A stretch of 64,000 nt of DNA, taken from Gemmatimonadota bacterium (GTDB lineage: Bacteria; JBHIER01; G020348925). The notes beneath the pieces are model-generated. The model saw only the letters and a list, made by a program, of their open reading frames with translations. It had not been told where the DNA came from and searched no databases. The DNA lies in the NCBI GenBank assembly GCA_020348925.1, contig CP070758.1, positions 3,611,688 through 3,675,687 of the forward strand. Direction: 5' to 3'. Positions 1-10,690 of this stretch are shown piece after piece. Every line of letters begins with the position of its first letter. Positions within the stretch are counted from its first letter, which is position 1. The position numbers and the translations under genes were made by a program.

Positions 1-17
1 AGGATTCGATAGCAGAG

Positions 18-740
18 GTGGATGCGTCCACAAATTTGGCTTTATATATGCGGAATGCTTATTCCGAAAAAATTGAAGCAATTCTTAATTCATGTTTCGA
101 TGCGGGTGACTTCGTCTTGGATATAGGCTGCGGAATCGGAAAGTGGGTGACATACCTTCTGGGGAAAGATATAAATTGCATAGGGATTGATTCTTCCGAA
201 ATTGCCATTGAAAAGGCAAAGACACATCTGGAGAAAATTTCCCGTGCAGACGCAGTGAAAATGGGTGACGCAGCCCGTTTAGAATTCAAAGGGAAAAGCT
301 TTGACGGAATAATATCCTTCGGCCTTTTGGAACATTTTCCGGATCATGAAAAAATACTGAATGATTGGGTTTCACTGTTAAAGGATGGCGGTAGGATCGT
401 TCTTTCAGTCCCGAATGCTCTCAGGCTCGATTGGTTGATTTGGAATGCACTCTGGGTTCATATGATCAGAAGGCGCCGTGCGGTCACTTTGGCTCCCCGA
501 TTGAGAGGATTCGTGACAACGTTTCACGGCTATGAAGAAAGGTGGACACCCAGGTATTTTACAAAACTCTGTCGGCGCAGCGGACTCAGATCTATAGAGA
601 CGAAAACTCTGTTTACTTTACCCGCCCCGCTGTTCTATCATCTCTCAAATCGATTACCGAGCAAAGTATTCAGGCTATTAACCTCTGAAAATGAGTCGAA
701 ACGATGGGGACTCTATATTGTTGTGGTGGCACGGAAGTAG
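18..740 (+). CDS. Class I SAM-dependent methyltransferase (may be 5'-truncated by window edge)
   Basis: VLDIGCGIG motif I, GDA..L.F...SFD, LLEH and LLKDGG motifs. Confidence 0.85.
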   Translation: MDASTNLALYMRNAYSEKIEAILNSCFDAGDFVLDIGCGIGKWVTYLLGKDINCIGIDSSEIAIEKAKTHLEKISRADAVKMGDAARLEFKGKSFDGIISFGLLEHFPDHEKILNDWVSLLKDGGRIVLSVPNALRLDWLIWNALWVHMIRRRRAVTLAPRLRGFVTTFHGYEERWTPRYFTKLCRRSGLRSIETKTLFTLPAPLFYHLSNRLPSKVFRLLTSENESKRWGLYIVVVARK

Positions 741-814
741 TTACGTAGGATCGTGCCAGGGCATATGACGTTGCACGATACCGTTTCTACAGGAATTGTT
801 GGGGAGAAACTTCG

Positions 815-2191
815 GTGGAAAGAATAACAGCGAAAGGGATATCTCTGAGGAATATAAGTGTTTCAATGTGGAAGGTGGCGCTGATACAGGGCGTGGGAAT
901 TTTAGCGTTCCTGTATCTTTTTTTTCATAAAGAGCTTGGGATACTGGGGATACTTCTTTTCTGTTCCGTATTGGCTGGACTCCTGATCCTGTTTGAGCCA
1001 AAATTGGGCCTTCTCTTATGCATCGCTTTCAACATCACGAGCGCTTCTGCCTTTTTTCTTGGCGGTTTGTATCTGGGTGTTGCGGCGGTGACTATTGCAG
1101 CCTGGATTCTACAAAGATTGGCCACCGAGCCAGTTGTTCTTCGGTCTCCTCAGAATCAGCTCATTTATGCATTTACAGCAGTGGCAACTTTCTCCCTCGT
1201 TTTCTGTACCGATCTTGGTCGCGGGTTCGAGTCAATGACGGTCTATTTAAAAGTTGTCGCGTTATACATCTTGATTGTTAATATCGTCGACTCGGCAAGA
1301 TTCTTGAAAGTGGTATTATGGGTCATTATTCTATCCGGACTTTCAATTTCGCTTTTGGGTATGTATCAATTTCTCTCTTCACCCCACTTTGCGGTATGGA
1401 TGAACCGAATTGCAAGTACCAGACAAGACCCAAATAATCTGGCCCTGACGCTTGTTTCTGTGTTTCCCTTAGCAATTGCACTTCTGAGGGCCGAGAGAGG
1501 AAAAAAGAGAAAAATATTCCTGTTTTTTGTTAGCGTAATTATTTTTTTTACAATTCCACTTACTCTCTCAAGAGGTGGATTCCTCGCTTTAAGTGCTATT
1601 CTTTTTGTCTTTATGATGAAAGCTCGGAAGAAAAAAATAGCCGTGTTGCTCCTTGTATCGATTATAGGATGTTCAATCCTTCTTCTTCCTGGTGAAGTCT
1701 GGGAGCGGATTGGAACATTAAGTGCAAAGTCGATCGATCGATCCATTCAGATGCGTATGATGCTTTTTAAGGGTGGTCTCAATATGTTTCTTGATCATCC
1801 ACTTTTTGGGGTTGGCATTGGAAATTTTATAATCCATTCTGTGCATTATTCAGGGGTGTTCATACCGAGCTTCGCCCATAATATGTTTATACATGTCGCT
1901 GCAGAGATGGGTATTTTGGGAATTCTTTTTTTCTCATCTTTACTTTGGATGACGTGGCGATATCAACGACGAGTGCAACAGGCGGCTTTTCACGAAAACG
2001 ATTCGTTCTTTCTCCAGATATCGCAGGGTCTGGAAATATCCCTTATCGGCTTTTGTGTCGGATCTTTATTCTTGTCGCAGCATTTCAATAAGATGCTGTG
2101 GATAATTATTGCGCTGACCGTGAGTATCAACCATATTTATTTTCAGAGACAACAATCGGTCATGCATTCGAAGGAAACGGGTTTTGACTGA
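815..2191 (+). CDS. O-antigen ligase / Wzy-like membrane protein
   Basis: Many TM segments; DPNNLA, TLSRGG, HPLFGVGIGNF and AHNMFIHVAAEMGILG motifs; start uncertain. Confidence 0.85.
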   Translation: MERITAKGISLRNISVSMWKVALIQGVGILAFLYLFFHKELGILGILLFCSVLAGLLILFEPKLGLLLCIAFNITSASAFFLGGLYLGVAAVTIAAWILQRLATEPVVLRSPQNQLIYAFTAVATFSLVFCTDLGRGFESMTVYLKVVALYILIVNIVDSARFLKVVLWVIILSGLSISLLGMYQFLSSPHFAVWMNRIASTRQDPNNLALTLVSVFPLAIALLRAERGKKRKIFLFFVSVIIFFTIPLTLSRGGFLALSAILFVFMMKARKKKIAVLLLVSIIGCSILLLPGEVWERIGTLSAKSIDRSIQMRMMLFKGGLNMFLDHPLFGVGIGNFIIHSVHYSGVFIPSFAHNMFIHVAAEMGILGILFFSSLLWMTWRYQRRVQQAAFHENDSFFLQISQGLEISLIGFCVGSLFLSQHFNKMLWIIIALTVSINHIYFQRQQSVMHSKETGFD

Positions 2192-2310
2192 GAATGGGAA
2201 CAGCCTTCTCGGAGAGAAACATCAGGGATTTCAATGTATTGATCCCTGCATAAAGATGCAACCCGGTATGTTCTTCACCGCATGGTCGATCGTGAGTCTG
2301 AACTAATAAA

Positions 2311-3450
2311 ATGAAAATTTGCCTTGTATGTAATGCCAGGAGTATCCACTTTCAAAGATGGGCAAGGTATCTTCAAATACGAGGCCACAGGGTAAAAATG
2401 TTTTCTCAGGAATTTGAATCCATTCGTGGTGTTGAGGTTTCGAAATTGGGTGCTCCGAAGGCCCCATTTCCGATGTTCAAGTCAGTTAAAAAAATTTTAA
2501 AAGCACTTTATAGAATTGAAAGAGCTTTCAATATGAAGAGAGTACTGAAGGAGTTCAAACCTGATATTGTGCATGCTCATTTTTTAACCGATTCGGGTTG
2601 GATCGCTTCATGGACAGGGTATCATCCGTTGATCTTGACTGCTCATGGATCGGACGTGTTAGTGCATCCGAAGCATTCCCTGATTGACAGAATGGTAGTT
2701 CGTTTCGCTCTGCATAAGGCTGATGTTGTCACTATTGTTGCGCAGCACATGAAGAGAAAAGTGATAGAGCTGGGGTGTGCGCCTTCAAAACTTGTTCATC
2801 TTTCAAACTTTGTTAACACCGATCATTTCAACGCAATTTCACGGGAGCGACGGTACCGGGGAACCAGGCTTGCGAACCCTCTGATTATCTGTGTCAGAGG
2901 TCTCAACCCGATTTACAATGTGAGAATGCTCATAGAGGCCGTACCGAATGTTGTCGAGGAAATTCCTGACGCACGCTTCCTTATAATTGGTGACGGTGAC
3001 CAGAAAGAACAATTGGTGACTCTCACATGTCAACTGAAGGTGAATGGCTTCATCAGGTTTATTTCACATGTACCTCATGAGGAGCTTGCACGATATTTCC
3101 AGCAAGCGGATATCTACGTTTCAACCTCCCTATCCGACGGTCTTAGCGTTGCTCTGCTTGAAGCGATGGCCTCGGGACTTTATCCGATAGTGACCGATAT
3201 CCCTGGAAACAGAGAAATCATTGAGGACGGAGTCAACGGTTTCTTGATCCCGATAGGGAATACGGAAGCTCTCGGCGCACGAATCATCGAAATTATCAAC
3301 AAACCGAAACTTTTTCAAACCGCTTTCAAGAAAAACTCCGATCTCATCAGATCGAAGTATGATGAGAAACTGGTCATGAGCAAGATAGAGGAGTTATACA
3401 TGGGTCTCAGTGGAACAAAGGGGATAAGACGGTCCTTTAGAAAGGAATAA
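2311..3450 (+). CDS. Glycosyltransferase family 4
   Basis: PDIVHAH, HGSD and DGLSVALLEAMASG motifs. Confidence 0.9.
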   Translation: MKICLVCNARSIHFQRWARYLQIRGHRVKMFSQEFESIRGVEVSKLGAPKAPFPMFKSVKKILKALYRIERAFNMKRVLKEFKPDIVHAHFLTDSGWIASWTGYHPLILTAHGSDVLVHPKHSLIDRMVVRFALHKADVVTIVAQHMKRKVIELGCAPSKLVHLSNFVNTDHFNAISRERRYRGTRLANPLIICVRGLNPIYNVRMLIEAVPNVVEEIPDARFLIIGDGDQKEQLVTLTCQLKVNGFIRFISHVPHEELARYFQQADIYVSTSLSDGLSVALLEAMASGLYPIVTDIPGNREIIEDGVNGFLIPIGNTEALGARIIEIINKPKLFQTAFKKNSDLIRSKYDEKLVMSKIEELYMGLSGTKGIRRSFRKE

Positions 3451-3455
3451 GAACA

Positions 3456-4769
3456 ATTAAAAGACTCTTGATAATTTCCCATAATTTCGCGCCTGCAGGG
3501 GGTGGGGGTGTGCAGAGAACTGTGAAATTTGTGAAATATCTGACGCGTTTCGGATGGGAACCCATAGTCCTCACGGTCTCCGGTGAATATTTTGATGTGA
3601 TCGATGAAGATATAGTAAAGGATGTACCCGGAGATACAAAGATATATCGGACAAAAAGCTTGGTGAGTAAGAAAAGGACCGATGTCTTTCGGAGAGAGAC
3701 ATTAAGAGGTCAAGTCAATTCCGCCTTGGGAAGGAAGCGACAAATCACGGGGATGAAAAATAAGTTTCTGTGGTTCATTCGTGACCTCATTTTGATACCG
3801 GATACGCAAGTAGGGTGGATGCCCATGGCTTTCGTTTCAGCGATGAAAATAATAAAAAAACATAAGATCGACGTTATTTACACAACTGGAGGTCCTTTCT
3901 CTACTTTTCTTACGGGATATGCTTTGAAAAAACTTACCCGGAAACCATGGTTGGTCGACTTCCGCGATGCCTGGACACAATTCTCCTACCGAGCATGGGA
4001 GAATCGGTTTCGAAAACGGGTTGAACATTTCATGGAACACAGGATTCTGCTTAATGCGAATACGATTGTCACCGCAACGAAGTCTATGTCTGATTATTTT
4101 GGGAAAGTGTACCCGGATATACCGGCCTCGAAATTTTCGGTAATTCAGAATGGATTCGACCCATGTGATTTTAAGAATATTCCGAAAAAAGAGTTCCTCA
4201 AATTTACCGTATGCTATACTGGGCAAGTAAGGTTCGATATGTATTCGCCAGAGTATTTCTTTGAGGCCATGGCGTTGCTGTTACGTGAATTTGTTGAAAT
4301 CAGAAAAAATATTCAGGTTATTTTTGTTGGCACTTTCGCTGAAGATTGCAAATCCTTAATTTCGGAATATGGATTGAAAGATGTTGTTAAAATAATGGGT
4401 TACGTTCCCCATCGGGAGGCCATCAGTTATCAAAAAAGCGCCGACGTTTTATTGATGTTCCTGAATGTCGGCCATGGAGGAGAAGAAATGCTTACGGGGA
4501 AGCTCCTCGAATATTTGAATCACGAAATACCCATTTTAGCTTTGATTCCAAAAGAGAGCGAAGCCGCGAAGCTTATTTGTCGGACAGAAGCCGGCGTGGT
4601 GGTGCATCCAAAAAATATTCAAAACATAAAAGAAAACTTATATAATTACTACATGCTTCATAAAGAGGGACGTTTATCGATGAAGAAAGTTGAGAGGGGT
4701 GTATTGGAGAGGTATAACAGAATTGAATTAACGGGCAAATTAGCGGAGCTTCTCCAAGATATTGGCTGA
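3456..4769 (+). CDS. Glycosyltransferase family 4 (possible ATT start at 3456, otherwise TTG at 3468)
   Basis: FAPAGGGGVQRTVKFVKYL, DFRDAW and GKLLEYL motifs. Confidence 0.85.
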   Translation: MKRLLIISHNFAPAGGGGVQRTVKFVKYLTRFGWEPIVLTVSGEYFDVIDEDIVKDVPGDTKIYRTKSLVSKKRTDVFRRETLRGQVNSALGRKRQITGMKNKFLWFIRDLILIPDTQVGWMPMAFVSAMKIIKKHKIDVIYTTGGPFSTFLTGYALKKLTRKPWLVDFRDAWTQFSYRAWENRFRKRVEHFMEHRILLNANTIVTATKSMSDYFGKVYPDIPASKFSVIQNGFDPCDFKNIPKKEFLKFTVCYTGQVRFDMYSPEYFFEAMALLLREFVEIRKNIQVIFVGTFAEDCKSLISEYGLKDVVKIMGYVPHREAISYQKSADVLLMFLNVGHGGEEMLTGKLLEYLNHEIPILALIPKESEAAKLICRTEAGVVVHPKNIQNIKENLYNYYMLHKEGRLSMKKVERGVLERYNRIELTGKLAELLQDIG

Positions 4770-5136
4770 CAGATCGTGATAAGAATTATGAGTCGGGGAA
4801 TCGAGCTTCATGGAGATAGAGCGAAAGATTATGCGGACGTAATGGATGACATCCTTCATACGTGGAACCGCGTTTTGAAGTTTGAAATCTCAAAAAAAGA
4901 TCATACCTGAAAGACTTTGGTACGTTAAATTATGAGTCTTGAAGAGAGATTTTCAGGTAGACGTGAATTGGCTCGGACATGGGACTGTGAGGCGTGGCAT
5001 GGGGCCGACATGTGAGTGTTACCTAATTGAAGAAATCGCGTGTTGTGTGTGGGGACCGCAGGTTGAACAGGAGTGGAGAGTACGTTACCCGTGATATGAC
5101 AGAATGGCGGAACTGCCTCATTTCAACAGAAGTTGA

Positions 5137-6306
5137 ATGCAGGTAAAACATATGCGCATTTTGATTGATACACACCTTTCGGATGAGAAAACCGACGGAA
5201 TTGGTAGATACCTGAATGAGCTGGTGCGTGCATTACTGCGGATCGATCAACAAAATGAGTATGTTCTTTTAACCAATTCTGGAATCGGTGTTACTCATCA
5301 GCTCCAAAGTTTGGAGGCTCCCAATCTGGTGAAAATACCCGTGGGATTGCGTGGTCTGGATTGGAGAGCGCATTTTGTCATTCCCAGAATTATGAACCGT
5401 GTTCGTCCCGATGTCTATCATCATCCGCATTTTGATTTACCGTGGTTTCACAATATTCCATCGCTCATTACTGTTCATGGACTCAAATACATTAAACATC
5501 CTGAGTTTTATAAATGTCAAAGCGGTTCCACACGAGTTTATTTGAAGCGAGTTTACATGGAAACAATGATGGGTCTCTCAATTCGAAAGGCTCAGCGAGT
5601 GATTGCCGTGTCGAGGAGCGTGAAAGATGATATCATGTCGGTCTTCAAGACCACCCACGATAAGGTTTCGGTTGTACACCTTGGAAGTCCTTTGAAACAC
5701 AATATATCTTGTACCGACGCGGATATCTCGAAATTCTACAAGAAATACGGAATCAAAGGGAAGGTTATTCTTTTCGTGGGTGCCCAGCTCCCCCACAAGA
5801 ATCTCATTCGCCTGATTGAGGCGTTCGATATTTTTCAAAAAAGCATCGGAGGAATGTTCCAACTTGTCATTGCGGGGAGGTCTTACTCCAGTTATTCAAA
5901 ACCCCTTGATAAGGTTCAAGAGCTTGCCTTAGAGGAAAAGGTGATCTTCACCGAACATCTTAGAGATGATGAGTTAAAGATCATATATCGGACTGCAGAA
6001 GTATTTGTAATGCCTTCACTTTACGAAGGTTTCGGTTTGCCCGTTCTGGAGGCTATGAATAACGGTGTTCCTGTGATTGCTTCCAATCTGAGTTCCCTTC
6101 CCGAAATTGTTGGTGAGGCCGGTATATTGGTGAATCCGTTTCATACGCAAGAAATTGCGGCAGCCCTGGAGAAAATTGTTACGGACAACACTACTTTCAG
6201 GGAACTGAAAGTCAAAGGTGTGGAGAGAGCCGGGAATTTTACATGGGAGACAGCGGCACAGCAGACCCTGGAAACCTATAGAGAGGTGTATGAGAAGTCG
6301 GGATGA
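5137..6306 (+). CDS. Glycosyltransferase family 4 (mannosyltransferase-like)
   Basis: GIGRY, HKNL and [15 protein letters not shown] motifs. Confidence 0.9.
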   Translation: MQVKHMRILIDTHLSDEKTDGIGRYLNELVRALLRIDQQNEYVLLTNSGIGVTHQLQSLEAPNLVKIPVGLRGLDWRAHFVIPRIMNRVRPDVYHHPHFDLPWFHNIPSLITVHGLKYIKHPEFYKCQSGSTRVYLKRVYMETMMGLSIRKAQRVIAVSRSVKDDIMSVFKTTHDKVSVVHLGSPLKHNISCTDADISKFYKKYGIKGKVILFVGAQLPHKNLIRLIEAFDIFQKSIGGMFQLVIAGRSYSSYSKPLDKVQELALEEKVIFTEHLRDDELKIIYRTAEVFVMPSLYEGFGLPVLEAMNNGVPVIASNLSSLPEIVGEAGILVNPFHTQEIAAALEKIVTDNTTFRELKVKGVERAGNFTWETAAQQTLETYREVYEKSG

Positions 6307-6315
6307 ATCCGAAAC

Positions 6316-7491
6316 TTGAGAGGAGCGGTTTTGCGGAAGATTAAAGTCTTACATATGATTACCGAACTGCCTGTGGGAGGTGCACAGGACAACACTCTTC
6401 TCACAGTGAGTCACTTAGACAAAAGGAAATATGACGTCACATTGCTGAGTTCTCCAGCGGGGTCCTGGGTTCAAAGAGCCCAAAACATTCCGGGAATCAG
6501 AGTTCTCCTTGAGAAAAGTATCCAGAGGGAAATTCACCTCATTAGCGATTTTGTCGCATTTTGGAAAATCTATATGCATATTCGACGCGAACGATATGAT
6601 ATTGTTCACACCCATAGCTCGAAACCTGGTGTTTTGGGGAGAGCGGCTTCGAAATTGGCCGGGGTACCTGTCGTTATTCACACCATTCATGGCTTTCCAT
6701 TCAACGATTACATGAATTTTTTTGTGAGGAAGTTTTACATCTTCTTAGAAAAAATGGCCTCAAAGTGGGCCGACAAAATGATTACGGTGTCCAATTTGAA
6801 TTTGGAAAAAGCTGTGGCTTTAAGAATAGCCCAGCGGGAAAAATTTGTAAACATCTACAGCGGGATAGATTTTGATAGTTTCAGTATAAAAACGGACGTC
6901 CCTCAAAAGAGAAGGGAGCTCGACATCCCCCCAGGACATTTTGTGGTCGGCATGGTGGGCAGGCTTTCTCCGCAGAAGGCACCCCAGTATTTTATTCAAG
7001 CCGCGGCACATGTGCTCAAAGATATCCCCAACGTCATGTTCCTTCTCGTCGGCGACGGCAGTCTCCGAGAAGAACTGGAGAGACTTTCATACAGGCTCGG
7101 TCTCGAAAACCATATTCGTTTCTTAGGCGAGAGAGACGATATACCGGAAATTCTGAATGTTTTTGATGTCTTCGTTCTTTCATCCCTGTGGGAAGGTCTG
7201 GGGCGGGCACTCACCGAGGCGATGGCTATGGCAAAACCCACTGTGGCCACATCTGTGGAGGGGGTGCCGGAACTGGTTGACAATGATAAAACTGGAATTT
7301 TAGTGCCTCCTAAAGATCCGGAATCGTTGGGCGCTGGAATTCAAAGGCTATTGAGAGATAAGTCTTTTGCCGCGGAGTTGGGTCAGAACGCTCAGAGCAG
7401 AGTATTGAGAGATTTCAGCGCGGAGATAATGATTGAGAGAATAGATGCTCTTTATGAGCAGTTGTTATCGCACACAGGAGAGTGGCAATAA
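6316..7491 (+). CDS. Glycosyltransferase family 4
   Basis: GGAQ, DIVHTHSSK and EGLGRALTEAMA motifs; true start may be TTG at 6331. Confidence 0.9.
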   Translation: MRGAVLRKIKVLHMITELPVGGAQDNTLLTVSHLDKRKYDVTLLSSPAGSWVQRAQNIPGIRVLLEKSIQREIHLISDFVAFWKIYMHIRRERYDIVHTHSSKPGVLGRAASKLAGVPVVIHTIHGFPFNDYMNFFVRKFYIFLEKMASKWADKMITVSNLNLEKAVALRIAQREKFVNIYSGIDFDSFSIKTDVPQKRRELDIPPGHFVVGMVGRLSPQKAPQYFIQAAAHVLKDIPNVMFLLVGDGSLREELERLSYRLGLENHIRFLGERDDIPEILNVFDVFVLSSLWEGLGRALTEAMAMAKPTVATSVEGVPELVDNDKTGILVPPKDPESLGAGIQRLLRDKSFAAELGQNAQSRVLRDFSAEIMIERIDALYEQLLSHTGEWQ

Positions 7492-7729
7492 TTTTGATAA
7501 GTAGCGCGGGATTGGACTTGTGCGCAGACTCAATACTTGGCGCTAGCGGTGTCTCATAGTATGCGCGAATTCCCGGTCGTCTTTTCTCATGTCTGTTCTC
7601 TTCAGAAACAGTCGTTCCGGTCGATGTACNNNNNNNNNNNNNNNNNNNNNNNNNNNNNNNNNNNNNNNNNNNNNNNNNNNNNNNNNNNNNNNNNNNNNNN
7701 NNNNNNNNNNNNNNNNNNNNNNNNNNNNN

Positions 7730-8433
7730 ACGAAAATGAAGGCCACACGACGATCCGCCTCGCCGGGAAAGCCGGAGGTGAAAATCAGAAATTCACGTAT
7801 GAAGGTTCGTTTCCTTCTCGTTCCGAAACGAACGATTTCATCCCCCGCCTGTGGGCTTCCCGAAAGATCGGATACCTCATCGATCAAATCCGGCTCCACG
7901 GTCAGAACAAGGAGTTGGTCGACGAAGTTGTCAGGCTGAGTAAGAAATACGGCATCATGACCGAATACACATCCTTTCTCGTCGACATGGATGTTCACGT
8001 GGCCATGGAAGAACTCGAAGACAGGGCCCGGGAGAATTTTGCCAGGGCGAAGAAAGTTGAAAAGGGCGCGTGGGCTGTGGGCCAGGCCCAAAACGCCAAG
8101 AGGTTGAGGGCTCAGGCCATGGCACCGACGAACGAGTTCTTCGACGCCTCAGGTGAAATGCAGCGGATTACAGGAGTGAGACAGATCGCCAACAAAACTT
8201 TCTATTTCAAGGACAATGGCTGGGTGGACAACGACTACACTCCTGATCAGAAGCTCATCAAGGTGAAACGGTTCAGTGAGGCCTACTTTCAGATCAGTCG
8301 GGCCTTGCCGGAAACAAACCAATTCTTGGCCCTGGGAAACGATGTCATTATCAACATCGGACATCAGTCGTTTCAGATAGGCGAGGACGGAGAGACACGG
8401 TTCACCCAGGAGGAGATCAAAAAGTTCTTCTAA
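7730..8433 (+). CDS. C-terminal part of a VIT/VWA-domain (inter-alpha-trypsin inhibitor-like) protein; partial at contig start
   Basis: FIPRLWASRKIGYL...LSKKYGIMTEYTSFLV signature. Confidence 0.75.
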
Positions 8434-8456
8434 TTCAATCACTTTCCTTCTCTTTC

Positions 8457-8503
8457 GAATACCGCCGGATAGGAACTGGCGTTCCGGCGGTATTCACTTT
8501 TTC
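8457..8503 (+). terminator. Intrinsic terminator
   Basis: GAATACCGCCGGA/TCCGGCGGTATTC 13-bp stem followed by a T-rich tract. Confidence 0.7.
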
Positions 8504-8643
8504 AGGGGAAATGAAATCAAAAAAATATATGAAACCATTTGACGATTCTTCACGTCCAAATTGTAAAAGACGAACGCGAGATCTAAAATATTCCGAACGT
8601 ACCGTTTCAACGAATTCACAACTTTTACGCAAGGGGGATTTCG

Positions 8644-9528
8644 ATGAAAATCTTAAAACAGTCATGCGTCGCCGTGGCCATAATTGTTCTGGCCTCAGGT
8701 CTGCTTCTGGCTGATACCATCGAAGAACGGTTCGAGAAAACAGTGCCATTGGAATACGGTGGATACTTCGCCCTGGCAAACAAGAACGGGAGTATCGAAA
8801 TCTCATCGTGGGATCGGGAGGAGGTTCGTATCGAGGCCCTGAAAAAGGTGAAAAGCTCCAGTCGTCGAGTGGCACGAGAAGCCATGGAGGAACTCCGTAT
8901 CGAAATTGATACGCGCGGAAGCGATGAGGTCATCGTCGAAACGGACTATCCGTACGAGCACGGGGGCGAAAGCCTCGGGGGTGCGCTCAGCGCCATTTTC
9001 GGCGGTCAAAAGAAACCCCAGATTTCCGTAACCTACAGGATCACCGTCCCCGAACGGGTCGACTTGAAAATCGGAACGACGAACGGGAGTATTGAAGTCG
9101 AGGACATTGAGGGTGAAGCTCAAGTGAGCAGCACCAATGGAAAAGTTGAAATGGCTTATATGAAAGGGTTTCTTGACGTTTCAACGACCAACGGGAGAAT
9201 CGAATTGATCGACATAGATGGCGGTCTCGATGCGGGCACGACAAACGGAAGTGTCGAGGTGCGATATTCTTCCCGCGCTGACATCACTGAGGATATCTCC
9301 ATTCGTACCACAAACGGCGGCATCGAGCTCAGACTGCCTGAAGACATAGACGCCGATGTCAACGCCAGGACGACCAACGGTCACATCGATACCGATTTCC
9401 CAATCACTGTCCGCGGGCGATACGGCAAGAAACATCTCTCCGGACAGATCAACGACGGCGGTCCGCTCATCGAGCTGAAAACCACAAACGGAAGCATCAA
9501 CATCCGCAGCAGCAGGGTTCGCATTTAA
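8644..9528 (+). CDS. DUF4097 / putative adhesin beta-strand repeat protein, secreted
   Basis: Signal peptide; repeated TTNG.I motifs. Confidence 0.85.
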   Translation: MKILKQSCVAVAIIVLASGLLLADTIEERFEKTVPLEYGGYFALANKNGSIEISSWDREEVRIEALKKVKSSSRRVAREAMEELRIEIDTRGSDEVIVETDYPYEHGGESLGGALSAIFGGQKKPQISVTYRITVPERVDLKIGTTNGSIEVEDIEGEAQVSSTNGKVEMAYMKGFLDVSTTNGRIELIDIDGGLDAGTTNGSVEVRYSSRADITEDISIRTTNGGIELRLPEDIDADVNARTTNGHIDTDFPITVRGRYGKKHLSGQINDGGPLIELKTTNGSINIRSSRVRI

Positions 9529-9707
9529 GCTCTTCCAAACCTTGCAAAAACTTCGTACTCGTTCGTTCAGGAGATGTCTCTTGAACGAAAAATAGCAGAG
9601 GACTTAAGTCCCTTTCCGTTCATCCCTAATGGGGATATCTCTCTGACGATCTTCAATCCCTCTAACTTCTCCATCGTCTATACTCGGAGGGAATCTCACC
9701 CTTACCC

Positions 9708-9751
9708 AAACAAAAGAAAACCTCCCAGAGGTTCAATATCTCCGGGAGGTT
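9708..9751 (-). terminator. Minus-strand intrinsic terminator, probably the original terminator of the 11525-12430 gene
   Basis: Minus strand reads AACCTCCCGGAG-loop-CTCTGGGAGGTT-TTCTTTTGTTT. Confidence 0.7.
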
Positions 9752-9801
9752 GTATCACTTGAATCCTTGGACCCTTGAATCCTATGTATTACTTCATGTT
9801 C

Positions 9802-9822
9802 GTATCATTTGACCCCATGAGG
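9802..9822 (+). repeat. Left inverted repeat of the DUF1670 element
   Basis: 19/21 match to the reverse complement of 11505-11525. Confidence 0.85.
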
Positions 9823-9837
9823 ATTGTGGTTTATATT
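9809..9837 (+). promoter_or_regulatory. Sigma70-type promoter for the DUF1670 pair, with the -35 inside the left IR
   Basis: TTGACC (9809-14), 17 bp spacer, TATATT (9832-37); RBS GGAGG 9865-69; ATG 9875. Confidence 0.6.
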
Positions 9838-9874
9838 CGCATTTAACATTGCATTTTTTCTCATGGAGGTTCAT

Positions 9875-10690
9875 ATGATAGTCCAATCTAAAGATCCTTA
9901 TGGTTCTATCCGGTTGAAATCCAAGAACGTTAAGAATGCCATCGTTCAGAAGATCTCCCAGGACTTCAACCTGACACCTATTATTGCCGAAGCGTACTTT
10001 CGACAAATCTCTGCCTACTTCAACGAGCACCTCAACATCAAACTTTCATCAGGCCAGATCGCCTATGAAGCTATTGCCGCCGAGGAGCCACCCAGCAAAC
10101 ACATCGCCCTGGCCAGAAAAATCACCACCACGCTGACCCTCAATGACTTCAATTCCGATCTACAGATTCTGGCTGACCAGGGCCTGGCAGGTTTGAGGCG
10201 ACATCGCATCCTCAGACTCACCAGAGAAGCTCATGACCAGAGTGCCGTCCTCTCCTATGAAGACTTGGCTGTCCTATTAACCACCAGCCCGGCCACCGTC
10301 AAACGCGATATCCGGGCACTGCGACAAAGGGGCTTGTTCATCGTGACCAGAGGATGGAAACACGACATGGGACCCGGCATCTCCCACAAAACTCAGATCA
10401 TCGACCTCTACCTCAAAGGATACCAGTTCACACAGATCGAGCAGAAAACCAATCACTCCGAAACCGCCGTGCTCAAATACCTCAAGCACTTTACCCAGAC
10501 TGTCCAACTCCACACCCAGAACTTCTCACCAGGACAGATCCGAACCGTCACAGGCTTCTCTGACAAACTCATCGGCGAATACATCGAACTGTACAAACAG
10601 TATCAGCATCTTGACAACCAACGGTTGAAGCTGTTACTAAACCCCGAACCCAGGGAAAAAAAAGGAAACACCGATGAAAAAACTCTCTAA
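9875..10690 (+). CDS. DUF1670-like protein A
   Basis: RLTREAHDQ..LSYEDLAVLL, TRG..HDMGPGISHK.QII.LYLKG and HS..AV.KY, the pattern I recall for DUF1670; RBS GGAGG before ATG 9875. Confidence 0.75.
   Translation: MIVQSKDPYGSIRLKSKNVKNAIVQKISQDFNLTPIIAEAYFRQISAYFNEHLNIKLSSGQIAYEAIAAEEPPSKHIALARKITTTLTLNDFNSDLQILADQGLAGLRRHRILRLTREAHDQSAVLSYEDLAVLLTTSPATVKRDIRALRQRGLFIVTRGWKHDMGPGISHKTQIIDLYLKGYQFTQIEQKTNHSETAVLKYLKHFTQTVQLHTQNFSPGQIRTVTGFSDKLIGEYIELYKQYQHLDNQRLKLLLNPEPREKKGNTDEKTL

Noticed and set aside
4770-5136. 367-bp gap in the GT cluster with a ~40-codon ORF
   Set aside because: No recognisable similarity or convincing RBS.
7537-7729. ORFs spanning the N gaps (7537..8433, 11525..12652, 34022..38917, 38567..41254, 56172..57125, 59847..61232)
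   Set aside because: The uniform 100-N spacers join unrelated contigs. These fusions are artefacts, so only the within-contig parts were annotated.
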